Assembly: GCA_951406725.2 (NCBI GenBank)
Contig: OX597816.1
Span: 38,502,001 to 38,566,000 of the forward strand
Direction: 5' to 3'
Length of the DNA stretch: 64,000 bases
From: Octopus vulgaris
Lineage: Eukaryota
Shown: one piece after another, positions 42,947-56,220 of the stretch
Layout: the number at the start of each line of letters is the position of its first letter
Position numbering within the stretch: position 1 is the stretch's first letter
Notes under the pieces: generated by a model
What the model was told of the DNA's origin: nothing
The model's database searches: none
What the model saw: the letters and a program-made list of their open reading frames with translations, nothing else
Made by a program: the position numbers and the translations under genes

Positions 42947-43177
42947 TTAACCCTTTCGTTACTGAATTTATTTTGAGGGGTTCTGTGTTTCTTTCAATTA
43001 CATTAAATATAACAAAGAATTTCATGAAATAACTTAGTTATCATTAAGCTAGTGTTAGGAACATAAATTTTGACTAAGGTTTGGTAGAAGATGTTATTTC
43101 ATAACTTATGAAAACAAGGCATATTTGTACTACAGAGCCAGAGCCGGTTTCAGCTGGGTTGGTAACGAAAGGGTTAA
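42947..43177. mobile_element. piggyBac-type MITE with perfect TIRs
   Basis: TTAA-CCCTTTCGTTAC...GTAACGAAAGGG-TTAA; interrupts another repeat at a TTAA. Confidence 0.9.
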
Positions 43178-43381
43178 TCATAGGTCCACTTGTGCAGGGA
43201 TGATCTGGGACTAAGCAAACATTCTAAATACCCGTCACCCAACAACTAATTGGCAAAAATATATCCACCAATCTACTACAACTACTATTGCATAAATGAT
43301 ATGTTATTTCTTCACAATTTGCTTTTCTGCTGTTAACAGTTTCTATTTCTCTGACATTTAATCTGACTCTCTTGACTACAG

Positions 43382-43720
43382 TAAAGGATAAAGACCCTCT
43401 TCGGTTATGAATGACCATGGAATTGCACCGAGAAAATTAACCTCCAAGGCACAAGTCCAGGCAAGGTTGTTTATGGAAGATCAGCAGTTGTCTATGCATA
43501 CCAGCCTCCCCTCTCTACGTCACCAATGTTATCCAAGGGAAAGGCAAAGGTTGATATAGCTTGGCACCAGTGATGTTGCAACTCATTTCTACAGCTGAGT
43601 GAACTGGTGGAACATGAAATAAAGTGTCTTGCTCAAGAACATAACAAACAGCCCAGCCAAGGAATCAAACTCATGCCATGATTATGAGCCCAACACTGTA
43701 ACCACTGAACCATGTGCCTT
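43382..43720 (-). mobile_element. tRNA-derived SINE, family C
   Basis: Reverse complement of 39225-39563. Confidence 0.88.
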
Positions 43721-43809
43721 TATTCTTTTACCCTCCAGGGAAAGGGCTGCAAGAGCCAGGTAAATTCCCTAACACCTGTGCTAGCTTGAATAACAACTGT
43801 TTTAGATAC

Positions 43810-44556
43810 AAAGTCAGCAATTGTGTAAAGAGAGGGATTGTTGGTTACATCACCCCTATTACTTGACTGGTGCTTTATCAACCCCAAAAGAAAGAAAGAC
43901 AAAACTGGCTTTCTGTAGGATTTGAACCCAGAACAGAAAAAGTCAAAAGAAATATCAAGAGGTAGGCAATTTGTCTGATACCATAACAATTATGTCAGTC
44001 TACTAATACTGATGATAACAATAATTAATCCTTTCTTCTATAGGCAAAAGTCCTGAAATTTTTTTGGTAGAGAAGGTAGTCAATTACATCAATTGGTACT
44101 TTTTTTTTTATCGGCTAAGAATTCTGCCAGTTTGCCACCTTACTGCTGCAAATAATAATAATGGTTTCAAATTTGTTGGTACGAGGCCATTAATTTCAGG
44201 GGAAGAAGTGTGTTGATATCATCGACCCCAGTGCTTGACTGGTACTTATTTTATTGACTCTGAAAGGATGGAAGGTAAAGTCAACCTCAGCTGCATTTGA
44301 ACTCAGAATGTAAAGACAAAAGACATGTCACCATGTCCGGTGTGCTAACAATAATAAATCGAGGTCTGGAATTTGGAAGAAGGGGGCTAGTCGATCACAT
44401 CGACCCCAGTGTTCCACTGGAACTTATTTCATCGACCCCAAAAGGATGAAAGGTAAAGTCAACCTTGGCAGAATTTGAACTCAGAACATAAAGACAGACG
44501 AAATGCTGCTAAGCATATTGCCCAGCATGCTAATGATTCTGCCAGCACACCACCTT
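43810..44556 (-). mobile_element. Cluster of about 4 family-B SINE copies
   Basis: Repeated catcgaccccagtg...gaaaggatg(g/a)aaggtaaagtcaacc...tttgaactcagaa blocks. Confidence 0.8.
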
Positions 44557-45349
44557 CCTGTTAATAATAATAATAATAATAACAGTAGTAGTAGTAGTAG
44601 TAGTAGTAGAAGCAGTTACCATAACCACAAGTCAATTAAATCAATTCCTGTACTTGACTAATCAACCCAGGAAAGGTTACAGGCATAATAATAGTAATAA
44701 TTTTATTTATTTCCATAACAGAGACAACCAAAAAGAAGGAGATGTCAAAGAAATTGAAACGCTTCCTAAAAAGAGATTACTACTAATTGATATCTCCTTA
44801 CATTTTGTTCTTACTTTAGTTTTACAGGCGTTGTCTCCCCTGATTTCAGTTCAGATTTTATTTATTTATTTATTTATCTTCAATGCTAATAGAATATTAA
44901 CTCCAGTAGTTGTTCAGCCCTAGTACAACTGTGGCTATCTGAGGCTCGTTTTTTAAATTTTTTTTATTTTCAGGGACTACAATATTTCAGCTGTCTTTTT
45001 CTATTCCTTTTAAGACAAACAGGGTATTATATACAAGGTCAGAGTTGGCTCTTAGTACAAACAGATCAAGCAACTACATAAAGTTTCTCTTGTAGGCTCA
45101 TATCAATCTCAGTGAAAACATTAGCTGTCACAACAGTGAAAATATTTACACACACATACTCACATATACACAGGGGTGACACATGGCAGTATAGATAAGA
45201 GGTTTGCTAAGCAACCATGAGGTTTCAAGTTCAATTCCACTGGATAGCAGCTTAGGTAAGTGTCTTTTACTATAGCCTCACACTGACCAATACCTTTTGA
45301 TTAAAATTTGCTAGATACTAACTATATGGAAACCCAACATGTGTGTGTG

Positions 45350-45733
45350 TGGGACGAGGTGGTGAAGCACGACCTTCAAACTTTAGGCCTCACTGAGGAA
45401 ATGACCAGCGACCGAGACCTTTGGAAATATGCTGTACGTGAGAAGACCAGGCAGGACAAGTGAACCCAGCCCACTTGTGCATGCCTTTCCTCCCTTGGAC
45501 ACAAAGACCTGTTGAGGCACCAGCCTTGCCAGGCACCTGTGCGGGTGGCACGTAAAAAGCACCCACTACACTCACAGAGTGGTTGGCGTTAGGAAGGGCA
45601 TCCAGCTGTAGAAACATTGCCAGATAAGACTGGAGCCTGGTGCAGCCTTCTGGCTTCCCAGATCCCCGGTCGAACCGTCCAACCCATGCTAGCATGGAGA
45701 ATGGACGTTAAATGATGATGATGATGATGATGA
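45350..45733 (+). mobile_element. 5'-truncated RTE LINE: last 37 codons plus 3' UTR (family A)
   Basis: 45350-45463 reads WDEVVKHDLQTLGLTEEMTSDRDLWKYAVREKTRQDK*, followed by the family A body and a (GAT)n tail. Confidence 0.88.
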
Positions 45734-46053
45734 ATGGGCAGCAATAATGTTCATGTCCTACAGTTTTGCAGTTTCAACATGCAAAGACTAGTGGAGTAAA
45801 GTATTTTTACTTGAAAACAAGCAAGAGTTGGTGTCAGGAGAGGCATTTGGCCACAGAACATACTAACTGAAGAAATCTTGTCAAACCATACCAGCATGGG
45901 AAAAGCAGGTATAAAAACGATGAAGATGAGGACTTAAAAACTTAAACAACAAAACAGAATTCTGACAAGTCAACTACATTTGGACAAACAGAATATTCCT
46001 CAAGATGGTTTCTCTTACAAAACACAACAATATAAAAAAAATACGTAGCTCAC

Positions 46054-48629
46054 CTGGAGTGTGTTCTGGAAAGTGAAGTTAATTTGCGTCCATCAGCTAA
46101 AACAGAATTCCGAATACTATCTGGTGAGAGTGGAGCATGCCACTGGACACGTGGAAGTCCAACCAGGCTTTCCTCAGGGGATGGACATTGGGATGTTCCT
46201 GTAAGGGAAGTGGATGTTGCCAGAGATAATGGATCACTGGCAGTAGAAAGACCGAGTGGAATATTGACAATAGGTGAACCAGTGAGGGCCTGCGACACGG
46301 CTGGATTTAATAACTGAGTAGCAGCCAAGAAAGAGGCAGCTGCCTGAGCAGGTAATGATGGTGTTCCCAAAACCATAGAGTTACACGTTATTGGTCCCAT
46401 TGAGGGCATACCCGACAACATACTGCTCTGAGTACTGAACAGGCTTTGCCCCATACAAGATGGTGCCATTACCATTTCTGGGTCACTGTCACCCACTATC
46501 TGTTGCAATGCAATTGAATGAGGAGAAGGTGTGAGAGGCAGTGGCGGAGCGAGAGAAGAAGGATTGGTGTGATGTGATTGTTGTTGAACAGCAGCAGTGT
46601 TATGTGGTAATGGCGGTGGCGGTGGCGGAGGGGGAAGTGGTGGTGGCGGGGGTAATGGCGGTGGAATTCCTTGCCTGGAGGACTGGCAGTTCTGTACTTT
46701 GTATGTCAAAGATGCTTTCCGCCTGGATTTAAGCAAGAAACTGTCTTTTTTATTTTGAGGTAAGAGACACCGTTTGGGTGCAGCTATGATTTCCCGGCCA
46801 CCAACAGCAATTACACTGTCGTCACCATTATCTGAGGTATTTTCTGACCAGTTACCTTCAGAGAGTCCATTAGTGTGGTGTGGGTCAGACACCATATCTT
46901 CTATCTCGGCTGGAGGTTCGGACGGCAATACAACGGTCACATCCTCTTTAATCCCTTCCTTCTTCAAGATCTCCTTAGCATTTAACTTCTCCTTCTCCTG
47001 CTCTTCCTCTTCCTGTCTCAGCTGCTGAGATTCTTTGTCGCTATTTGAGTATTGAGTACTGCAGATGGCAGTGTCATTGGTAGCATATTTCAGATCTGAG
47101 TTACCATGACTAAGCATGGGATGTTGGTTTTCGCCAACACCAAGCTCTTGGGAAGCTGAGGACATGTCAACACCAATGCCATCAGCATCGGTCTGTTCTT
47201 GAAGTCGATTCAAGTAACCAAGTCTAATGGAAGACTTCAAGCTAGCAAGGATTGCACGTTTCCTCACTTTCCTAACATAGTCCAATGGGTAGCTATCACT
47301 ATGGAAACGCATAATGTGCTGACGTAAGTTACGGTATTCGCTGAAACCTTTGCCACATTCTTTGCAATAGCATGGCTTATAGCCAGTATGAATCCTCTCA
47401 TGACGTTGTAAGGAGAAAAACCTTGTAAACGATTTTCTGCAATATAAACAAACATAACAGCCATTAATCTTTTGATATGAACAACTAAAATCTCTAGAAG
47501 GTAACCCTGCCGATGATAGGTTAACATTAGTTTGGTAAAGGTTATTAGAAGAGGAGTCGACCAATGGGGGCTCCTTGGAAGAGTCTCTTTCGAGAACTGG
47601 CTCCTTAAATTCAGTATTAAGTGACAATGTTTCATTTGTTTCTTCTGTAGGCAAAGGAGCAGTTTGGCTAATGGGGTTGGGGTTGTGAAAAGGTTCTCCC
47701 TGGTCAACCTGAACAGTGTTTCTTGAGGAGGGTAGTCGATGTCTTCGGGAATGGCGAAGCAGCTGAGCTTTGAAGCGAAAGTTGTTGCCACAGATCCCAC
47801 ACTGATAGGTGACCAGATGCCGTTCGTAGTGCAAAGACATGTGGCACTGGAGCTTACTAAGAAAATTGAACAATTTGCCACAGAGGTAGCACTTATATAG
47901 AGATGTCTTCAGGCCATTTTCTAAGTTTACACCATCAATTCTTGTGGCAATAATAGTCTCATTTTTAATACTAATTCGATTTTTCCGGAACGGAGATTCT
48001 GTGGAAATCACAAGATCCTCCGACTTTTTATTTGAAAGAGAAGCAGCTGGTTTGCTGCCTTCCCGTACAGGAAATACAGGGGTGGCTGATGATGATGTAG
48101 TGGTACTGGGTACAAAATAAGCTGGTGGGGATTGCTGGTGAGGGGGTGGAGGATGAGAAGAATGAGAAGATTCAAAATTTGATAGCTTTGCTTCAGCCAT
48201 AGCCTCAGTGATTTTCTGGTCATTTAAACCAAGGCTTTTAGCAAGCTCCAACTCTGCTTTAAAAGTGGTGGAGGGCTTTACAGCTGTTATGTCATCTGTT
48301 CTGACAAAGCTGTTATTGTTGCTGCTTCCACTCGGATTTTGTGTTGGTGTGAGAATTTCTGAAGTTTTGCCTTCACTTAGTAAATCTTTATCTTCCTGCA
48401 TTTCACCATTGTCAAGATCTGTTATGTGAACAGGGCTGTGTTGCATTGTTAAATCTAGAGTCTCTTTCTCCTGAGTTTTATCATGTAGATGAAAGGTTTT
48501 TATTTGAGCCCGAGTTTTCAGGCGGAGGTAACGCTCTTCCAGACCTTGGCTCAGCTCTACGTTGACGCCATGTGCCACCTTCTTATGATACAGCATGCTT
48601 CCTTTTGCTTTGAAAGCTTTATTGCAGAC
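46054..48629 (-). CDS. Zinc-finger gene coding exon C (second half ZF4, ZF5-8, acidic and poly-Pro regions); 2576 nt
   Basis: Acceptor (t)n cag|GTC at 48629 gives VCNKAFKAKGSMLYHKKVAH, then the 848-aa ORF with CYLC, CGIC, CLYC and CKEC fingers. Donor AG|gtgagc (phase 2) at 46054. Confidence 0.93.
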
Positions 48630-51399
48630 CTGAAAAAAAAAAAGTTAAGAAACAATTGTTTACAACAAATTCAATACCACCATAAGTATCATAATTCTTT
48701 CACAGATACTATATATATGTTGGTGTATAAGATGTGCCTTTTTTTATTTTTACTTTTATATGTAACTTAAAACTGCCATGTATCTAATGTGGTGACATTA
48801 TGGATGGGAGATACTGAGTATATGAATATATAATGAAATCTTAGATTTGTTTTTTTTCCCACAAAAAAAGCAAGGGTTTGTCCCATGCAAGAGTGCATCT
48901 TATACACCAGCAAAAGCAGTAGTTTTACACTTAATGGGGTTTTTTTAATATAGTTTACAAAACCTGAAATTTATGGTGAATGGGGTGAGCCATGTACATC
49001 AACTCCTGTATTTTTTTGTTACTTTATCAACCCAGGAGGGATGGAAGACAAAGTTTACCTTGGTAGAATATGAACATAAAGACTTGGAACAAATACCACA
49101 ATGGATCCGATACTCTAATAGTTCCATCAATACACTGCCCTCAAGAGCAAATAATAATGGCATACATTTATAGAGGTAAAATCAGTTATAAAAATAAGAA
49201 AGATGAGTTAAAGGCCAATACATGATGAACATTTAATATATTTACACAGGATTTGAGGCAAATAGAGAATATTAATTTGAAATGTTTACATTCTTGAAAA
49301 GTTTTGGGTTAGATAACGTAATGGCTAAAGGATTAGACATCATTAAATCCAAGTTGTTCCTAAAGTTGCAGATATGTCTATAGGCACTGGTATGGATGTG
49401 AAAGCTGCAGGTATGGTAGTGTATAAGAAGTTCACTTTGCAATGTTGTTGTTTCATGTTCAATCCCACAGTATGGCACATTGGGCAAGTTATGGCCTCAG
49501 GCCAACTAGTGCATTAATATGAGTGCAATTTGAAATAAGGAAAATTCAAATTGCAAACAGAGTAACTCCAGTACATTAATACTTCTTCCTATTCTTCATT
49601 GCAGGCAAATGATGGGTTCCAAGTAGAAATAATATACCATTAGTGAGTTCTTTATGAAGGAGGAGGGTATAGGCTGTTCAACAGCCACAGAAGGCTACAG
49701 ATTGTTTATAGAGAAAACACTACTGATAAAAGAATGTGCACAGGTGGATAAAGTTTAAAAAAGGGGAAACCACACACATCTTTAAAAACAAATCTATCAA
49801 CAATTTGAACAACCTATATCAGTTAATAAAAAGTTATGACCATTTTTTCATTAATCTCAGTTCAACCTTCATATCATACTATGTATATGCATGTTGAGGA
49901 CTCACCTGTCATAAATACCAGATGAGAGTTCCACAACTTCTTATCAGGCAACTTGCTCTGATGATTTATTTATAGTGATCAAATGTTTGTAATTTACATT
50001 AGCTCACTCTCTTTCCATCAAATCGACATTGCCTGTACAGGTGCACAGTGTGCCACACAACGCATCAGTTGTCGAAGTGATCACAGAACAATGTGAAATG
50101 AAGTGTTTTGCTCAAGGATATGATACACTGTCCAGCCCAGGAATCGAAACTACGATCTCATGACTAAGTGCAATACCCTAATCATTAGGTCACATGCCCT
50201 TACTCATATATGTGTGCACATATGCACACACACATACACACACGCACATATATACACACTCACTGTCATGCATGCATGTACACACATCATTCTTTTATTG
50301 TCTTGCCAGCACAATCGTGTGGGAAGGCAATGCAATGCAATGACTATCTTAATGCAGTATATGTTAAGATTTAAGGATTCAGTTACAACTATTTCCCTTC
50401 TAAGTTGTCACTGCTCTCTCTTTCTCTGCATCTATTATGTTTATTCAAGGGTTATGCAAATTTCTAAGTTCAGAAGTGATGATGGTAGTGACAGGGGTTG
50501 CATTATATTTGATATGGCATTGTTTTCAAGTAAACACAGTTCTTTTAACCATGGACTTCAAACACTTTCACATACAATATATTTATATTACCATTTCATG
50601 CCAGTGCAGTCACCTTTCCTATACACATCATAAAATGGGGGAACATACATAGTCATTTGATGTACTAGAAATAACAGACAAATATCTCTCAAATCACTCT
50701 ACAATCTCAGAAAAATTTTTTTTTTAATTAGAGGAACATGTTGGGTTATCTAATGTGATAAATTGGTAGATAAGACAGGATGGCTATGACTGGAAGGAGT
50801 TTGATTGAAGGTCTGTTCAACTAAGAATGACCTGGGGTCCAAACAACAACAACAAAAGCAGTCAATCAAGCCAATGGGAGAGCTCTTTTCTGATCATCTG
50901 ACATACTAAAAATATTTATTTATAAAATCACTCAAATCTGACCTTGCTATCTTAAAAAAAAAGGATACATTACACAGTATCCTCTTACATACACCATATA
51001 TATGCAAAGAGATGGTCACAGCTGGAATACCTTTGATCATTTAAGCCTAACATGGGACAAAAGAACAACAACCAATGTCATTAATGCCTAGTTACTTTCT
51101 GACTAATTGAAAAGTTTCATGTAAAATTCTACAGCAGTTTCAATGGATCATAAACTAATTTACTCAAACTTTAACAATTTCTCTCATTAACCTCCCTAGT
51201 CAGTCGTCAACATACATCCTCTATGTGTGTGTGTGTTTCATGTCCAGTTTTGTATGCTTGCAACAGTTGAATGGAGTTTACTGAGGAAGTTTTTTTACAG
51301 CAAGATATCCTTCCTGTCACTAACTCTAACTTGTTTCCAAGCAAGGTAATATTTCTCCATGTCCAGATATACTTTCACAGAAAATTGGGTATGAATCTC

Positions 51400-51510
51400 A
51401 TCATCATCATCATCATCGTTTAACGTCCGATCTGGCAGTGTTTCTACAGTTGGATGCCCTTCCTAACGCCAACCACTTCGTGAGTGTAGTGGGTGCTTTT
51501 TACGTGCCAC
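51400..51510 (-). mobile_element. RTE 3' UTR repeat (family A), internally deleted
   Basis: (cat)n cgtttaacgtcc...ggatgcccttcctaacgccaaccact...gtgtagtgggtgctttttacgtgcca. Confidence 0.85.
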
Positions 51511-52581
51511 CACGCCAAATACACAGATTCACATAGAATTCTCACATGATGAGCTTCTTTCACTTTCTGAGTACCAAATCCACTCAAAAGGTTTTAGTCA
51601 ACCTGGGACTCTTGCAGAAGGCACTTGCTTAAGGTACCATGCAGTGAAACTGAACCCAAAACCACGTGGCTGGGAAACAAACTGTAAAGTTCCAGTCAAA
51701 TTGGACTTTACAATAAATATAACTTTACATTCAGCATTGAATCACCTAATCGGTTAAATATTCCAGTGCTATCATTAAACCATCTTTAAATTAACCTTAA
51801 CGCATACACACTCATGTATAATACACACACATACATGCAAAAGCACATTAAAAAGAATGAGTGGGATCCTTTATTGGCAAGAAATATAACAGTTCCTGGA
51901 AATTTTTCTACCCCCACAACATTCTAACCACACCCATTATTCTATCATTAGCCGTTTCCAGGTCTAATTATATCACATACATAGCAATATTTATCTAATA
52001 TTTCAAGCAAGTTCTCCATTGCAGTTCATGATTTTTCAGTTTATTTTGCAGTGTTAGCTACATGAATGTATCTAGTTAACTTCTCAGTCTGCTGAAAAAT
52101 CCCCATTCTTACTGAATCCTTTTCTACTTAATTTACTGCAAACTGCACAAAGACATCTTTTTCTTGTTAACAACTCCCTCTCTCTCTTTCGGAGAGGCAC
52201 TGAGCAGCTATACGCACACATACACACACGGCAGTAACTTCCACCTACCGAATTCAATCACAAAGCTCCGGTCGGCTCGGGGCTATAGTGGAAGACACCT
52301 ACCCAAAGTGCCACGCAGTGGAACTGAACCCGAAACCATGTAGCTAGGAAGCAAGCTCCCTAACCACACAGCCATGCCCGCATTTAGATATTGATTTTGT
52401 TCATGCCCTTTTCTCAAATGTATCAGCAATGTAAAGGAAAACGGTTACAAATAAGATTTAAATGATGTTTAGATGTCAAGTGTGGAGAGAGAGAGAGAGA
52501 GAGAAGAGAGGAAAAGGAGGAAGTGAGGGAAAGAGCAAGAGAGGAAGGGAGAGAAAAGATTAGTTAAAGAACTGAACACAC

Positions 52582-53247
52582 CTCACACTGAAATGGCTTT
52601 TCTCCAGAATGAACCATCAAATGTCTTTTCAAGTCACTAGGTTTGGGAAACACCTTGCCACATTGGCGACATGAGCGCCGGGACAGTATTGATTTACGGC
52701 GCCCTGGCCCTCTCGGTCTTCCGCGTGTGGCATGTTCCGTTGGTAAGGATGTTTTCCACATCACAGAGTTCATACTACTCTCTGTATTTGCATCGTTACC
52801 ATCTTCTTTTACTGGACATGAATAATTGATAATCGCCTGTGACACATGGGGGGGTCTACCCCGAGGTCGTGTACCTAGAGCTGACCGCCGGTTTGCAAGT
52901 CTTGATTTGGTATGTTTACTTGATACTCCGGCAGAAGCAGCGCTGGCTTCTGCATCGGGGACGGCAGATAAATAAGCATTGTTAGATTTTTTCCTTAACG
53001 TCAAGCGGCTTGTCTTTGAACTGGAACCTTGTTTACAAGACTTCAATAGACTTGATGTTAACGAACTCGACTTGTTTTCCAGCTGGTTGTCCAGACCAGT
53101 TTTAGCTCGAAGCCGTCGCGTTTTCCACTCTTTGGCAAACTCCGAAGACTTTTTGGCACCAGGATTAAAACCTTCGGAAACGCTGTGATGTTTGATATAT
53201 TGGTGATACTGTAAGCTGCGTTTGGCCTTGAAAGATTTCTTACATAC
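52582..53247 (-). CDS. Zinc-finger gene coding exon B (second half ZF2, two AT-hooks, ZF3, first half ZF4); 666 nt, phase 0/0
   Basis: Acceptor ttttgcag|GTA and donor GAG|gtgtgt. Encodes VCKKSFKAKRSLQYHQYIKH...RPRGRPP...RGRPRG...CRQCGKVFPKPSDLKRHLMVHSGEKPFQCE and joins exon A in frame to complete ZF2. Confidence 0.92.
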
Positions 53248-54574
53248 CTGCAAAAGCAAATTTCACATCAACATTAAAACAATTTGCTTATTCTTTCAGA
53301 TAAACTGATGCATATCGACTAAAATTACCAATTAGTATCAAAACATTCAACTTTAAAACTCTTGCTACCACTTTATAAACATTATGGAATGCTAGTTTTA
53401 ATATTTCTATATTTCTTCACTGGATATAACTATCTAATTTCTTACAGGTAAAAAAAAAAAGAAATACTATACAGGGTATGTCTTCTCTGTAGGCAATGAG
53501 CCTCTCACATACGAAGGGTCTCTATGGTAATTATAAAAAATAGTTATAAATTAAGGTATATTTTGCTATTCCTTTGCTTCCTACTTTAAAATATGCTTTT
53601 CCAAGTAAAAAAAAAAAATGTGTATTCAGGAGGCTAGCAGCTTTTGGAAGAGTTTTTACACCAGAATATTATCTAGCTGAAGGTTCAAATGGTTTGATGT
53701 TATCAGATTGTCAGCTTCACTATATGAAATCTAGAACAGTGAATTAGAAAACTCTAACTCTGTTACAGTTCATGGATTCAATTCATCACTGTGCAGGTTA
53801 AACACAGAAGTTGAGGTTAACAGTCTTCTAAATGCTTATTATTCAATTAATGTCTCTTAGAAAAAGAAACGCATTAGTTATAACACTCCATATTTAGCTT
53901 CGTATTCAGGCTGACAATATGCTCTCATAGAGAAATGTTCCTGATATTATAATATTATAACTCATCTTTCCATGGTTAATCTTTGATGATAATAATTATA
54001 TATAAAAACAAAACAAAAAAAAACCCACACCTATTACTTTTATTGTTGTCTACAACACATTTACATAAATGTTTTTCATAAAATTGCTATCCTAATCAGA
54101 TGTAAATAACTATTTGCATTTAATTATTGGCCACAAAAAATGAAAAAAGCAAAAAAAAAAAATTACCATGTCACTTGTATAAATGAATTACAGAGATGAA
54201 AGACAAAGTGTTAATACTGGTAGGATATGTACTCAGAACAATGAAGTATCAAAGCTTAGCCGATATTAAATAAACTACTAAAGAAGCTCCATTAATGTCT
54301 GTCATTACACTTTAAATATGCACTTGTTTCATAGCATTTTGTTTTGAGGAAAAATGCTTGATATAAAGACAGTAGTTGTCCAAACATCCTTATAATCACT
54401 CTTTGTATTAACTTTAACATGGTTAGTACTAATTAGTAAAATTCTTAACTGAATAACAACAATAAATTCATCTGATAAATTACATTGAGGGATCTTCTTC
54501 TTTGCATCACTGTTGTCACAAGCAAGTGACTTTTATTGGGAAGAGCAAAGAAAATGAAAACTCGTTACCAGTTT

Positions 54575-54850
54575 ATGCCGGCACGTAAAATGCACCAATC
54601 CGACCATGGCCGATGCCAGCCTCGCCTGGCTCCAGTGCAGGTGGCACGTAAAAAGCACCCACTACACTAGCGGAGTGGTTGGCGTTAGGAAGGGCATCCA
54701 GCTGTAGAAACATTGCCAGATAAGACCAGAGCCTGGTGCAGCCTTCTGGCTTCCCAGATCCCCGGTCGAACCGTCCAACCCATGCTAGCATGGAGAACGG
54801 ACGTTAAACGATGATGATGATGATGATGATGATGATTATGATGATGATGA
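54575..54850 (+). mobile_element. RTE 3' UTR repeat (family A)
   Basis: Near-identical to 45535-45733; (GAT)n tail. Confidence 0.88.
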
Positions 54851-55992
54851 AGGGTTGCTAAAAAAACATATCAATTAACACTCCTGATACACCCAGGCTG
54901 ATTCATCAGCCCAAGTGATACAAGCTGATAGGATTTTGAGGTCAATCCATTGGTCCAATGGAACAAGTGTTGTGAATGGTTGGTTTTGAAATGTAAAAGT
55001 TAATCAGAGATCGTCTTTCAGTAGATGTATCGCAATGGAAAAAAGAGTTTTGGTCTTTTTGGCTATACATACCAAGACACAGTGTCACAAATGGGTTAAA
55101 TTACAGACACACCAGCAATTTTCTGGAATCCTTAGTTCCACACCTATGCCAGGTGTCAAATTAACTATTTTGTTATATTAGAAGAGGTCACAAAACAATA
55201 ATTCTGAGCTAAATTCCTAGAAGGCTGCTACCATCATTTATAACTTTTCCACTACTTAAGCTCTGTGACATGCGTTTGTTTATTCACTAGAAGCCTGTTA
55301 TAAAGCCGGAAACATTCTTCCAACCCTTCAGCTATAATAATATGAAATATTTAAAACAAGATCTAATGCTATGCACTAACCTCTTAACCATTGGGTCCCA
55401 CTGAGCCTTGTCTTGGAACATTATTGCGAAAAGATTTATATTTTCATCTTTCATGCGGGAACAATGTATTCTCCACAGTAAACCTAAGTTATCTATTAAC
55501 CTGCACTTGAGAGTCCCTAGGGGATTAGCATGCAGTATTTGGTTTAGTTTTAAATATTTGTGTCTTTACAGTTAGGTGAGAGGAAGAGTGTTTCTGCCTT
55601 TGTGATATGTTACTAATAAACAAATGTGTATCATGAATGCTTGGTAGTAAAAATATTATAATGGTTGCAGGAAATTTAAATATCCTCATGTAATTACGTT
55701 TAGATTAAAAGGGGGTGCTGGACATTCAGTAGCTAGACAATCAGCTGATACCTTAATTTTCTTGACTTCACTGATAAAGAGTTAATAGGAATGCATCCAA
55801 CTATAAACAAAAATATTCAAATGTTTGAATTTACAACAACAAAAGTTCAGCCATAATAGCAATGGAAATTACAGCAACAAAAGGAATCTGTATTGAAGGT
55901 TGGTAACAATAATGGCATAATAGAGTGGTGTATGCAAGCAAAACAGAAATAATCTAAACTATTTGGGAATGATTACTGAAGAGGGACTTGCT

Positions 55993-56220
55993 TAATCCTT
56001 TAGCATTTAAACTGGCTATATCCAGCCCAAATATTCTTCTTATTTTATGTTCAAACTGGCCATATCCAGCCTCTCACACCTACCCAACATTTGTCATTCT
56101 AAACATAAGCAGTCATATCACTGAAATCTGAAAGCTACAAGATAATACATTAGTAGCTCAAAATAATGTGAATATATAAACATTACATTTGACAGAATAA
56201 GCTGAATGCTAAAGGGTTAA
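55993..56220 (+). mobile_element. piggyBac-type MITE
   Basis: TTAA-tcctttagcattt...aatgctaaaggg-TTAA. Confidence 0.82.

Noticed and set aside
45390-45695. Near-identical ORFs MLAWVGRFDRGSGKPEG at 45390 and 54573
   Set aside because: Antisense translation of the family A repeat, not a paralogous gene.
46084-48770. Plus-strand and alternative-frame ORFs overlapping exon C (also 57845-58375)
   Set aside because: Shadow ORFs of the true coding frame with no recognisable motifs.
49895-49915. Perfect minus-strand donor CAG|gtgagt (similar site at 40213)
   Set aside because: Lies in or next to SINE-derived sequence with no convincing acceptor or open frame.
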